From: Camelus dromedarius
Lineage: Eukaryota
NCBI RefSeq assembly: GCF_036321535.1
Contig: NC_087437.1
Span: forward strand, 46,502,001 to 46,566,000
DNA: 64,000 nucleotides
Reading direction: 5' to 3'
This document shows positions 1-11,876 of the stretch, piece by piece (position 1 is the first letter of the stretch; each line of letters begins with the position of its first letter). Below the pieces are notes generated by a model. It had not been told where the DNA came from, did not search any database, and saw only the letters and a list, made by a program, of their open reading frames with translations. A program made the translations under genes and the position numbers.

Positions 1-194
1 CCATGACTTGCATGAGAAAAAAAAAATTCCTTTAATTTCTTCAACAATATCTTGATCTATAAGTGGAACTCAGCTCATTTATTAAAATAAACAAATAAAC
101 CAACACATAGCAGTACCTTTCTCCTTAAACTAGTTAACCACAGAGTGATTCCTCTGCAGCCTTTTCGTCATTATTGTTGCTGTTGCTTTTATTC

Positions 195-570
195 TCCATG
201 TGATTAGTTTTTAAAACATATTTTAAAATGTTTTCAATGAGTGCTATATAGTGAATGAATGTTAAAAAAGTCAAAACCACATAAAAATATACAGTGAAAA
301 AATGTTTTGCTTTTGCCACTGTCCCCATCATACTATCATCCTATCTCCTCTAGAGGTAACCAGTAATTAGCCTTTAAAGTATCTGTCCAGACTTTATTGA
401 TGAAAATAATAGCAAATATGAATATATCCTTATTTTTCTCTCATTCTACACATGAGATAGCAAGATATACACATTGCTTGGCACTTTGCCTTTTTTACTT
501 AAAGTGGATGTATTGGCAGTCTTTTACTATCAATACATAAAGTACTTTCTTTTAAACACAGTATGGCTTC
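195..570 (-). mobile_element. Old L1 (L1ME-type) 3' fragment
   Basis: Antisense L1ME-like motifs (aaaatatacagtgaaaa...ctctagaggtaacca...cactttgcctttttactta); heavily decayed. Confidence 0.5.
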
Positions 571-2109
571 ATCAAGGTAACAAATGATAACTTTAGTAAT
601 TAAATCCCAAGTGATCGTGTAAGGTGCCATTTGTTTCACTAAATGTTTAACATAACCGTCAATATTCTAGGTGGAAGTACAAAATATAATAAGACATAAA
701 CCCACTCTTTAAAAAACTTGCATCCTACTAATAGAGATCAAAACATAACTAAAATACAGTGTGGTTAGTGGTTTAAAACATCTCTTAAATGCCATGAAAA
801 GATACTTCAGGAAGTGATTAATTCTGCCTTGGAGGTGTTAGGAGAGGAGTCAAAGAAAGCCAAAAAACATGGTGACATTTAAGCAAGGTCTTGAAATAGG
901 AATAAAAAGTATAAAAGAATCATAGCCAAGATGACTGACCCAGTTCACGATTGTTGAAAGAAAGAGTTTGGTTGTGATTACCCTCCCTTAATTCTCTCCC
1001 ATTAGTCTGCCCTGGGATATCAGGATAAGTAATTTTAAATCTACTTGGTGTTTACATCTTTAAGCCTTTGTGGATTGTCTCATCCTTCATCATCAGTTCG
1101 CCTGATCTAACTTACAGCCTTTCATGCCTCCTGTTCCAGCCACTCTCCTTGAACCAATCATGAGTGTGGTCTCTTCCTGGCTTTCCAGCTGACATGATAC
1201 CACTTTGTATTCTGAAAAACAGATGTTCAAATGCAGCCCTTTTCTAAATCTGAATATAAACAACTCTGTGGTGGTATAAGTTCCCTACCTTTCCAACGAC
1301 TCCTGCCAGGTTAGTTCATTTGCACATTTCATTCCCAGTCTATTTATCCTAATGTAATAGCTTAGTCATCCAGCTTTCACACTAAATAAGAGGTCTTCAA
1401 ATGCTAACCCTGAGAACTCCTCCCAGTATGAACTGCAAGCCATTTATTTTCATTTGTTTACAGGCTTTTCAATCTTTCAGCCAGCTTTTCAACCATGAGA
1501 TAGTGTCCATATAGATGTCAATTTTTATTAAGCTCCTAAGTAATTTTAAAGCCCTACACAAGATGTCTTTCTGAAGTCCTTAAGCACCTGCTACTCTGCT
1601 CTCACGTTCCTTAATCATGCAATTCTCTAGAAATGACCTATCAAATATGATGAAGCTTTTTGCTCATGATTTTCATTTTATTCACTTCTTTTCTTCTTTT
1701 GCTGACCCAGATCTGTGCTCTGCAACCACAATGACACTTAGTGGTCAGGCTAGAATTCTGGCTGCCTAATGAGGCACTGTTATTCTTCACCAACTGTGGG
1801 GACTCTGTGGAGCAAAATATTTTTAAAAATCCCTTTTCCCCAGATTCTCACCAGTCTGGAAATTGGCTGGAGTTCTGCTATTATTCTCGGCTCAGAGCAA
1901 TCAGCAGAGAGCCTCAAGTACAGAGACAGAGCGCGTCACCCTCTTGAACTGCTGCCTTCAACTGAAACAAGAAAATCTTATGCAGCCAAACAGAGCTTAA
2001 TGTTAAATCATTTTACAAAGATCTGGCAATTTTGCCTTAAATGTATCAATTTCTTTGATAGCTTCAAATAGTATTAAAAAAGCACACTGTTAAATTACAA
2101 CCCCCCAAG

Positions 2110-2320
2110 CCCCCATCTTCTTTTCTCTGCTTTATTTTTCTGCTTAATTTTAACCCAATCTGATATGCCATGTATTTCATAAATTTTATTGTTTCTCCCC
2201 CAAGTTGAATGGAAGCACCACGAGGACAGGGATTTTCTGACCATCTTGCTATATGTTCAGTGCCCAGAAAATGCCTTGCACGTAAAAACTGCACTTTGTT
2301 AGGTAACTGACTAAGTAATG
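2110..2320 (+). mobile_element. LINE-2 3' end fragment
   Basis: gaatggaagcaccacgaggacagggatttt...cagtgcccagaaaatgccttgcac resembles the L2a 3' terminus. Confidence 0.6.
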
Positions 2321-2724
2321 TATAGTGCAGAGATTGCATTTCAGTTACCTAAGTATTGTTCTCCACTGGGCTTAGTCTATTTTTTCTGTTTCTGGAGATA
2401 TGCTGCCTTTTCCCTCCCACATGTCTTACATCCTTCTGAATACTTCCTAGAAACCTCTTCCATTTAGGAAGCTTTTCTTGAATTGCCTCCTAGAATTCAA
2501 CCCCCCTCAATTCTCAATTTATTGTTTATGTTACTTAGTCTTGGAGAATAGCAGTGCTTTCATATGAGGCAACCTGATGTTCCTTATCAGGGCCCTGATA
2601 TGCTTTAGAACCAGGTGATAAGAGCTGCCTGCATTGCTGTTTCTCCCATATCAGCACAACCCATGGTGGGAAGAAAACCATTGTTTGGTTTCCATAGCTG
2701 AGGAGCAAAATGTGCATTAAGCAG

Positions 2725-2960
2725 AATGGTGCTTTGGTTTTCGAGTCATTCCAGGCAGTCCTAGGTTTAAATCCCTCAGTCTTTACCATCTCTGTGATGT
2801 GAGACATTTGTTAAAATATTCTGTGCCCTAACACTTTCATCTGTAAGATGAAGATAATAATGCTTCTTTTTCAGGATGATTGTGAGGACCAGACATAATA
2901 AATACCAAAAAACATACTTGACAAATTGACATTACCACTAACTGGCTATTATCATCATCA
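2725..2960 (+). mobile_element. MIR SINE
   Basis: ctaggtttaaatcc...tttcatctgtaagatgaagataataat...gattgtgagga MIR core. Confidence 0.7.
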
Positions 2961-3089
2961 TAACCATTAGTACTACTATTAATATTGTATAATATCCTCT
3001 TTCCTTTGATTCATCACCTGTCCCACTAGAAATCTCTACTTGAATCTAGGATACAAATTCAGCTATTTCAACTTGAGATTAAAATTTTC

Positions 3090-3173
3090 ATACATTCATT
3101 TATTTAGCAAGCATTTACAGAGAGTCTAGCATGTGCCAAGTACAGTCTAGATTGCAAGGGATACAAAGATGAA
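3090..3173 (-). mobile_element. LINE-2 3' end, cut at the LTR boundary
   Basis: cattcatttatttagcaagcatttacagagagtctagcatgtgccaag...gggatacaaagatgaa is the antisense L2 tail. Confidence 0.6.
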
Positions 3174-3730
3174 TGTATTAAGAGTGGGACAGAAAGAAGG
3201 GAGAGAGAGAGGGCTCAAAGGCAGAGTCATGTCTGTTTTTGGAAACCTAAAGAGAGGGCTCCACTTAGAATGGAGCCTGCCATCCCCTTACAGACTTTGG
3301 GAGAGACATGCAGAGGGGTTCTCCATTTAGACTGGAGCCCACTTTCTTGCGTACAGGCTTGGTTATTTATCCCCCTGGGTAGGAGCTGATTGGTGGGTTC
3401 TTATGCAAATGACGGCTACTGAGAGGTAAGTTTTTATTGGTGGGTATACTGAAAGTGAAACGGGAGTGTCTGAAAGAGAAAGGGGCAGGGATGAACTTTC
3501 CCGCTAGTAGTTCTCACTCAGGTCCAGGGAGGCAGAAGTTGTTATGGAGAAGAGGTATGCTGAAGGGTAGATGCTGATTGGTGGGTTTTGCAGAAGGCAG
3601 AAATTATTATTTGTGGTGGTTCGTCTTGTCCCAAACAGCGGCATATCCGCAAAATTAGCAGCAGATTGGAGAAACAGGTTGGTCGTGTTTATCAAAATGC
3701 ATATTAGTTCCTGTACTTTCAGAGCCAACA
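3174..3730 (-). mobile_element. Probable solo LTR, family unassigned
   Basis: TG...CA termini on the minus strand (TGTTGG...TAATACA). Three CCACCAAT boxes, an octamer and a GATAAATAA TATA-like box in U3-to-R order; CpGs retained. No TSD seen. Confidence 0.55.
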
Positions 3731-3744
3731 GTCTATGGCATTTA

Positions 3745-4125
3745 TTTATCAACTAGCTCAACAAATACTTATTGAGCCTCAGCTGTATGCTAGGCTGAGT
3801 TATAGAGACTAGGAGTGTGTCAGTGAAAGCAGATGAGGATTACATTCTAACAGAGAGAGAAAGCAAATAAGCAAGATAAGTAAATTCTATAATGTTAGAA
3901 TGTGTTAAGGGCTATGGGAACATAGTGGAGCTGAGTAAGGGGGATCAAGAGTGCTCAGTGTGTGTTTTTGTAGGGACTTTGCAATTTTAAGTAGGGTATG
4001 CAGGGAAGAATTTCCTGTAAATACATCTGAGCAGAGACTCAAGGAAGTGAAGTGAATGAGCCACGTGGATATTTGGGGGAAGGAGCATTTCAGCAGAGGG
4101 AACATGAAAAGTTAGAGCAAAGAGT
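3745..4125 (-). mobile_element. LINE-2 (L2a) 3' fragment
   Basis: tcaacaaatacttattgagc...ttacattcta...gagccacgtggatatttgggggaaggagcatttcagcagagggaaca. Confidence 0.75.
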
Positions 4126-5959
4126 GATGTATATAAAAACAGAGAGCTGATCACTGCAAAATGAGAAGCAGAGGCTAGAGTCAACGTCTCTGCGTGTTGC
4201 TGGTGTAGCTGGACTGGGATCTGAGGATGAATCATGTGAGATGGAGCTCCTTGGGAGTCATCACAGAGTGAGGGCAGGCTTTCCCTTTGGAGCTTGGTTT
4301 CTTTCCATTGCACTTGTGCTGACGCTTTAGCCCCTGAATACTCTGAATCATATGCTCTACTTTGGGGTTCCGGGGCAGGATGTTTCTCTGCAGGGTTTTC
4401 TGTGAACCTCTTACCCCAGCTACTATCCATTTTTTTTTCTTCCCAGCTTAGGGGCTTAATACTGAATTCCCCGTATTCCTCTTACCCTCTGAAAAGTCAG
4501 GTGGTGGCTCTCCACATGCCACGTGAGCTTCTACCTCCACTGTTCTTTTCTTCCTGGCTTTACTCCCAGATTCCTCTTGGCAGAGAGACTGAGGCTGCCT
4601 GCTTCCTTCCTATCTCCATCAACTTATTTTTGCTATGACAGCAGGGAGAGCAGACTGCTGTACTGGAGTGTGACTGATGAAAAAGCATGGTGGCATGGGA
4701 ATGCAGTGCACAGGAAAGATACAGAAGTGGGGGTCTTGGCTGCATTTTCCATTGCCCAAGTCTCCGTCATTTTCTGTCATTCCTTTGACTGAATCACCTA
4801 GCTTTGCTCTTGTCCTAGTCCCAAGGTGGTAGTAGTATAGGCACTTCCCCCTACAGCTGGAAAGGATAGGTCTGGGAACAAGAGACGGAGCAATGGGTGA
4901 TGTGTTTGTTGATGACACCTAATAACCCACTTCCAATTATTTTTTCCATCCCTGTGGCACCCGGGTTCTCTGTTTTAATGAACTTTCTCCCCAGTGGAAG
5001 ACTACTGCAACCAGGAATTAGAATTAAGGCTCCACTCACGTGAAAAATGAGATTCCCTGCTGGCGTTCTGCTTCTCATGTCACTAATCCAAATAGAGAAA
5101 GAAAAAAAAAAAAAAAAAAAAAGGAGGAAGGGGGAAATGTTGCCTTTCTTGCTTGGGACAACAGACCTGAATTTTCAGGGAACAATAGGGTTGTATTGGG
5201 AAGTGAAGTGAATTTCATCAATTCCTAGATGAAATTTAGGAATCACCCGGGGTGCTACACAGACTACCATATCCAGTGCTAAATTTTATCTACTGGGGAG
5301 ATAAAATACATAAAATCTCCTGGTCACCAGCTCTTCAGTCTTGCTTCTTTAAGGTCACTGACAGTGACTTCACCAAACCATTAGTTCCTGCTCATACGTA
5401 AGTGTGGCTCCTCACCTCAACCAGCTCTCCTTTCAGATAAAGTAGACACTGATGATCTTGATGTTCTGTGTATTGGTCATCTTTCTCTTCTCTTGAGTCC
5501 TTAGGGCCACATCCGAGTGCCACCAGCAGCCTCTTCAGATTATTGTATAAGGCTCAGATACTTTTTCTTCTTGGACATCTTGGGCCACTTTTCTTAACAT
5601 ATTTGAAATTAGCTAATTTCTCTAATTGAAAACAAGACTATTTTATCTGAAAATTCAGTCAAGGTTCGAGTTGAACAGTTAACTTAATATTTACCCTTGT
5701 TTACACTGATTTTTTTTTCCAGTTTTCAACCAACTAATTTCAAAGAGGAGGTAGCCATAGTTGAGCCTTTTTAATTGGGTCATTGAATTGGCCTGACATG
5801 AAGAAAGTGTATGTTCTTTGGTTAAATTTTAGCCACATCTTGTTGTTACATTTTAAGATAATCTCATATAAAAACAACATATTCAAAAAATATTTGGGAG
5901 TTTTGCAGTCACTAGACATTTTAATAAGAAGTTAACAGAGGATATTATTTGCTATTTAA

Positions 5960-6660
5960 TAGTACTTTATTAAAGTGTAATTTACTATATTAAAATGCTC
6001 ACATCTTAAGTTATAGGTTGATGGTTTCTAACATAGTTATAGCCTCTTATAACCACTTACAGATAAAGATATAAATCATTTCCATTGCCCCAGAGGGTCC
6101 TATCATACTCCTTTCCATGCAACACACCATCTTAGAGGAAACTACTGTTTTGACTTCTATTCCCCTAGATTAGTTTTACCTCTTCTTGAACTAAATAAAA
6201 TAATACAGTATATGTATTTTTTTTCTGACCTTTTTCACTCAATTTAGCATTTTTGAGGTTTATCTAAATTGGTGCATTAGTAGTTCTTTTCCATTTGTTT
6301 AGCAATTATGCTGACAGTATTCCATTGTGTGGCTATACATGACATCTATACATTCTCTAGTTAATGAACCAGATTAGGATTTTTCCAGTTTTAGGCTATG
6401 AAATAAACTGTTATAAATATTCTTAGTAAAAGATTTTTTTTTATGACAGACATAAGCATTAATTTCTCTTGGTTGTATACCTGAGAATGGAACTGTTGGG
6501 TCATAGGGTGTGTTTAACTTTTTAAGAAACTGTCAAATCATTTTCCAAAGTGGTTGTACTGTTTTATACTTCTAGCACAGTGTAAGAATGTTCTAGATGC
6601 TCTTCATACTTGTCAACACTCGATATTGTCAGTTTTAATTGTAGCTGTTGTAGTTGGGAG
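5960..6660 (-). mobile_element. Old L1 (L1MC/ME-type) 3' end
   Basis: ctttattaaagtgtaatttac...gtattccattgtgtggctatac...aagaaactgtcaaatcattttccaaagtggttgtac, antisense L1 ORF2 end and 3' UTR. Confidence 0.85.
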
Positions 6661-7469
6661 AATGTTTAGGTTTTGAGGTACTTGAGACTATATACCTGTT
6701 ACTGAAATCAAAGAAGGAGGAGCTAAGCATCAAAGAAGGACTCAAAGAAAAAAATACTGTGTTTAGACAGAAAAAACGTTTCACATCTGAAGACTTCTAA
6801 TTAACATCTGAAAGTCATACCATAAAATGAATCTTCCTTGTAGCCATGAATTGAGACAAAGTAAAGAAATGGAAAGATAATCTAGAACTTTTCAAAAGAC
6901 CTAGTATCTAGTGTGAAGAATATTAGCTAGCAAAAAAGAAAATTCAGTTTGTACTTACTTGAACTGAGTGTTTGGTTTTTTTTTTTTTGTTTTTTTTTTT
7001 TTTGGTTCTTTAATCTTTATCTGTTCTCTCTACTAGAATGCTATACCACGCTCTCTCTTCTCCAAACTTCTAGACATAGGTCACGTGTTGTTTATTATGG
7101 GCAAATTTCCTGACTCTAACTTGTGAAACTAGCTCCAAACAACACCACCCTGTACTAAAAAAATTAAAGAATGGTTTATAAATTTGTCTTTTCTAAGAGT
7201 TATGTTATTTTTTCATAAAGTAGAGATAATACATGATCTGATTTTAGTCATGAATTCACACTAAAATTTTAAGTTTGTTATAACTTTTCATATTTTAAAA
7301 TTATTTTTAATTCAAATGATCTTTTTGAGAATGTGAAAAAAAGAATGATTTTTTAAAAAGGAATTGAGGGGGAAGAAACTCTGCCTACTATAGTTAGAGT
7401 CAATGGTTGTACTAACAAAAAACGCCTTGCCTTTGGATTCCCACTGTGTCTTGTACGTTTATCATGAAT

Positions 7470-7630
7470 GTTTCACTTGTTTCTTTACGTGTCTGTCACT
7501 GTGTGCTAGTTAATGACCATCTTGATGACAGTGATTATAACCCATTCTTCATCCTCAGGGCCTACTGTGGTATCTATCACATATTAACTGATAATAAATG
7601 TTTGTGGAAAGACTGGATTGAATGAAGAAA
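7470..7630 (+). mobile_element. LINE-2 3' end fragment
   Basis: cagggcctactgtggtatctatcacat...ataaatgtttgtggaaagactggattgaatgaa. Confidence 0.5.
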
Positions 7631-9844
7631 ATGAGAGAGAGTCACACCAGCTGCTTTTAAGTTAAACCCTGAGAGCAATGCATGTTCTTTAGGAGATATT
7701 AGTTAAGAGGAGAAAATTCAGGGTGTGTGGAGAGTAATTGTCTGCTTAATTCTAGACATAGACATAACATCCGAATGAACATTGAGCGATAACACTAAAA
7801 ATACTTATGAGACTGTACACAAATGTTTAAATGTCAAAATATTTTAAATTACTAATTATAGATTTACAAACTTTAATAATTTATTCCTGTGAAACAGCAA
7901 ATAATTAACAGAAAAATGTTTACTATTTTCCCTCTAATCCAGTCTAAGTTATGGCTAGCCATTGGCCTATGATGTCAAAATCATCATTCTCATTTATTTG
8001 GTGAAAACCACTGAATCAGTTTCTATGACGGTAGAGTGAAATAATCTTACCAACCCAATTTATAAAGTCTTAGAAAGCTCTAAAAAAATCTCTTCTCTTT
8101 AAATATAAAAGAAATGAAGCAAGATTCCAGATTTAATTTAAATAACTTTTCTCTTTGAAAAAGTTGTTTATATGAGCACTGAAAGTAAAAGCCACTGTAC
8201 TCAGTTATAGAGAAAATTATTTTTCCAGATTTTTGGGCAGCGCTTAGGTAAGGAAAAAATAAGTTTTATAATGTGATTCTCCTTCAGAATTATTCGTTTT
8301 TGGCAGGTACTGAACACACTCCATTGTATCTCAGAAAGGATCTTCAGATAATGATGAATCAGCACAAACAGTTCCAAATTGAAACATTTAGAGAATCACT
8401 GTATTTCCCTTGTTCTCAGATGTTTCCCTTGTTCTCAGTAAACACTGCCAGTGTTTATTTCAAAAATAAGTAAAGGTTCAGGACTTTTTGACTGTGTCAG
8501 CAACATGCCTTTGTGCTAAACAGATTGTGTTGCAATTTTTTTCCTGATGATTCAAAACTATAAACTTAAAATTACTTAATTAAAAAGATACCAAACTACA
8601 ATAAACTCGTACCAAAACCTCAGTTTATGTTCCTTGTCTGAAATTTTGCCAAAGATAGCATTTCCTTTTAGTCTATAAACATTCTCTAAACGTTAAATAA
8701 GGCTTCTTCATTGTTTGTTGTCATTTTTAACAATATACTTTTTATTCTTTACCTGCTTTGGTAAGGAAGGATTTTGGTTTAAATTTGTTTTTCTTAATTG
8801 GCTATGATTAACATGAAGAAGTCAAAGGAAAATAGCCCAAAAGAAGTATCAACAAATACTGTTGGGAGTTACTCAATTGTTTGAAATAAGAATTTGGAGG
8901 TAAAATCTGTTGTGAATAATTCTCATTCTAGAGAAACTAAGTGAAGAATCTGTACTTACTACAGGTTAATGATAAATACTTAAAATATGGCGAGAAATAA
9001 CTTCTTACATGAACTTATTTCTAGCATCTACCTGGTACTGATAATGCTTCAGTTTATTGGCATATGTTTTGGTGGAGTATCAGTTGTGAGAGAACAAGGC
9101 TGACTTTCTCTATTTTCTCTTTTCTTTACCAGTTGATCTCATTAAACTTCATTTTCCTCACTTGTTCAGTGGTGATAATAGTATTTTCCATATTTTTTCA
9201 GTCATGTTGGCGATAGGGCTCACCCAAAATGATGTCTCTAGATACCTTTAAATTCATGGCATGCTGTATATAATTATATTAGACTTACTGTTAGTGCAAA
9301 GTAATATGATATTATCACTTACCTTACTCTTTTTGTAGGAATGTTTACTCCCTTATTTATTCCAAATGGATCCAAGTGGGGTCCCTGTAAATCATCTATG
9401 ATGGCAGGAAAATTCTGGAAGCCCACTTACCCATATAGGAAGCAGAGGGTAGAAAGATTGCAACAGAAGAAAAGAGGAGGAAGGCTATTTTCCCTTATCT
9501 CTAAACTTCTTGCTAGTGTTTCTTTCTAAAAAGAAGTGGATAATAAGGATGTAGGATTTATTATTTCTCTAAATTGGTTTTCAAAAAAAATTTTAAAAAG
9601 ACTGAACCCTGTTTGTCAGAGGAAATTTTACACTAACCCACAATATGTAAAAGACACAAAAGGTTTAAATAGCATTGTCATTTTCTGCCATTCCTCCAAT
9701 ACCAGTGGCCCAAGAACCATGTCAGAGGAATGGGAGGACTCAACAGAGAACAGACTAAAATTCACTGCCTAGCCATGTCTTCTAGGGATCTTGGCTATGA
9801 ATGGGGTAAAGATGGGAAGAAGGCAGGGTAGAGAAAAAGAGGAT

Positions 9845-10030
9845 AACACTTAAAGAGCATCTATTGTATGCCAGATATGGAGCAGAAGTCATTATGTTTA
9901 AACTGTACAATTTTCATGCAAGATCATTGTGTTTAGATCAGTGTAACAGATGTGAAAGTGGAAGCTCAAGGAGGTTGCATTGCTAGGTTTTATTGGTTAA
10001 TGGAATTAGTATCCAAATGAAGATTTGTTT
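9845..10030 (-). mobile_element. MIR SINE
   Basis: acagatgtgaaagtggaagctcaaggaggtt, antisense MIR core. Confidence 0.5.
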
Positions 10031-11281
10031 CCAAAGACTGTTCTCTGGCTGTAGTAGAAACTCAAGTCATATTTGTACCGCAGCCCCTAAAATTATGCTT
10101 TGGGAAAAACAGGTGCTCACCCATTGCATGTTGAATCAAATGTTACAGTATTTAGCTGGGGAGGATAGCATAATGTTGATAAATTAGATGGATCCACTTT
10201 TATATTGTTGATTTCTTTTCATAAAATCTTTGTACTGTATCTACAAGCTATCTGAAAGGTAGGCATTGCATTTTATTTGTCTTTTGGTTAAAGTAAGAAG
10301 CAAAAGGTAGTTTGCTAAGTTAGCAGCATAAAATACAAATTACAGATGAAATGAGCCAACAATTTGGCTGTCTCTAAATTTGTTTATGAGGGATTTTTTA
10401 TTAAAAATATCTTTTGTCTTGGAATACAAAGAGCAGCAATAATTTTGATTGTGCAGTTGGATAAAATGTATGCAAAATTTTAATGTATTATTGTTGTGAA
10501 ATAACTATATTTAGACTAATACTGAACCTACACTTATCTACAGCATTTCCTGTCAGTGTTACAAAATAGAGAGATTGCTTAGGTGAATTGAACTAAAGGT
10601 AACAATGAAAGAGAAGAGATTTCTTATTCTGACCCTAAAATCAGAGTGTAAATTTGTTCTTTAAAAACTAATCTTGGCAACTTCTATTTCTATCCATGAC
10701 AGAGTAACATGTACCAATCTAGACCTCCTGCCAAAAACAACTATTAAATTGAACAAAATGTACCAGACAACTTTTTCCAGGCACTAAAAAATAGTCAATG
10801 AAGGACTGAAAACCCTGAAAAGTTGGCCTCATCATGGTCCTGGCTTTCCCTTGGGGTCCTTTCTTGCCACTGTACAGGGAGGTGGAGCCAAGCAGAGAGG
10901 CAGCCCCAGTGACTGGTCTTGATATTGACTGGTCCTGACACATGTGGAACTGGAATCCCAGAGAAAGAAGAGAAAAAGAACAAAGTAGAAAACATGTTTG
11001 AGGAAGCAGTGGCCAAAAAAACCCCAAATTTCAAGAGTCCTATCAATTTGTAAATCTAAGAAGCTGAACAAAGGATATACAAATAAAACCACATGACGGT
11101 ATATCATATTCAACCTGCTGAACACCAAAATTAAAGAGAAAAAAGGGTTCATACTGGGGAACAATGACACAAATTTTTTTCATCAGAAAAGTGGAGGCCT
11201 GAATACAATGAAATATGATTTTTAAAGTGTTGAAAGAGGGGAAAATCTGTGAATCTAGAATTCTACAATCAGATTAAAAAT

Positions 11282-11345
11282 TGTGGTAGACAGAATAATG
11301 TAGCCTTTCCCCAAAATGCCCATAACCTAATCCCTAGAACCTGTG
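11282..11345 (+). mobile_element. MaLR MLT1D-type LTR, 5' end
   Basis: tgtggtagacagaataatg...cctaatccctagaacctgtg matches the MLT1D start. Confidence 0.75.
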
Positions 11346-11808
11346 GGCATAGAGGGAACATACCTCAACATAATAAGGGCTATATAGGACAGACCCATGG
11401 CTTACATCATACTCGACAGTGAAAAGCTGAAAGCATTCCCTCTAAGATCAGGAACAAGACAAGGATGCCCATTCTCAGCACTTTTATTCAACTTAGTTTT
11501 GAAAGTCCTAGACACAGCAATCAGAGAAGAAAAAGAAATAAAGGAATCCAAATTGGAAAGGAAGAAGTAAAACTGTCATTGTTTGCAGATGACATGACAC
11601 TATTCACAGAAAATCCTAAAGCTGCCACCAGAAAACTACTAGAGCTCATCAGTGGGTTCAGTAAACTTGAGGGATACAAAATTAATATACAGAAATCTGT
11701 TGCATTTCTGTACACCAACAATGAACTACCAGAAAGAGAAATTAAAGAAACAATCCCATTTGGCATTATATCTAAAAGAATAAAATACCTAGGAGTAAAT
11801 CCACCTAA
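11343..11808 (+). pseudogene. Internal fragment of L1 ORF2, reverse transcriptase core
   Basis: Translates GIEGTYLNIIRAI*...[16 protein letters not shown].../[19 protein letters not shown]...KIN...KYLGVN. FADD at 11582-11593; one stop and one frameshift. Confidence 0.95.
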
Positions 11809-11876
11809 TACTTTTTGTTGTTTTAAACCACTAAGGTTGTGGTAATTTGTTATAGTAACAACAGAAAACTAATATA
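11806..11876 (+). mobile_element. MaLR MLT1D-type LTR, 3' end
   Basis: tgttgttttaaaccactaaggttgtggtaatttgttatagtaacaacagaaaactaatata is the MLT1 3' terminus. Confidence 0.8.

Noticed and set aside
3987..4430. Longest ORF, 147 aa on the minus strand
   Set aside because: No recognisable domain; its C-terminal third runs into an L2 element; the length is compatible with chance.
5354..5397. Plus-strand exon-like segment (ctttaag / ... ac|gtaagt)
   Set aside because: Peptide VTDSDFTKPLVPAH not recognised and no supporting neighbouring exons.
5605..5620. Perfect 16-bp palindrome gaaattagctaatttc
   Set aside because: About the expected frequency for AT-rich sequence of this length.
8404..8439. 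Short direct duplication tttcccttgttctcag x2 (similar cases near 13940, 52145, 56500)
   Set aside because: Ordinary slippage duplications; only 2-3 units and no spacers, so not CRISPR-like.
11465..11845. 126-aa ORF with RT motif as a functional or domesticated gene
   Set aside because: It is an L1 ORF2 fragment with a stop and a frameshift. The ATG is out of the ORF2 frame and the tail reads into LTR sequence.
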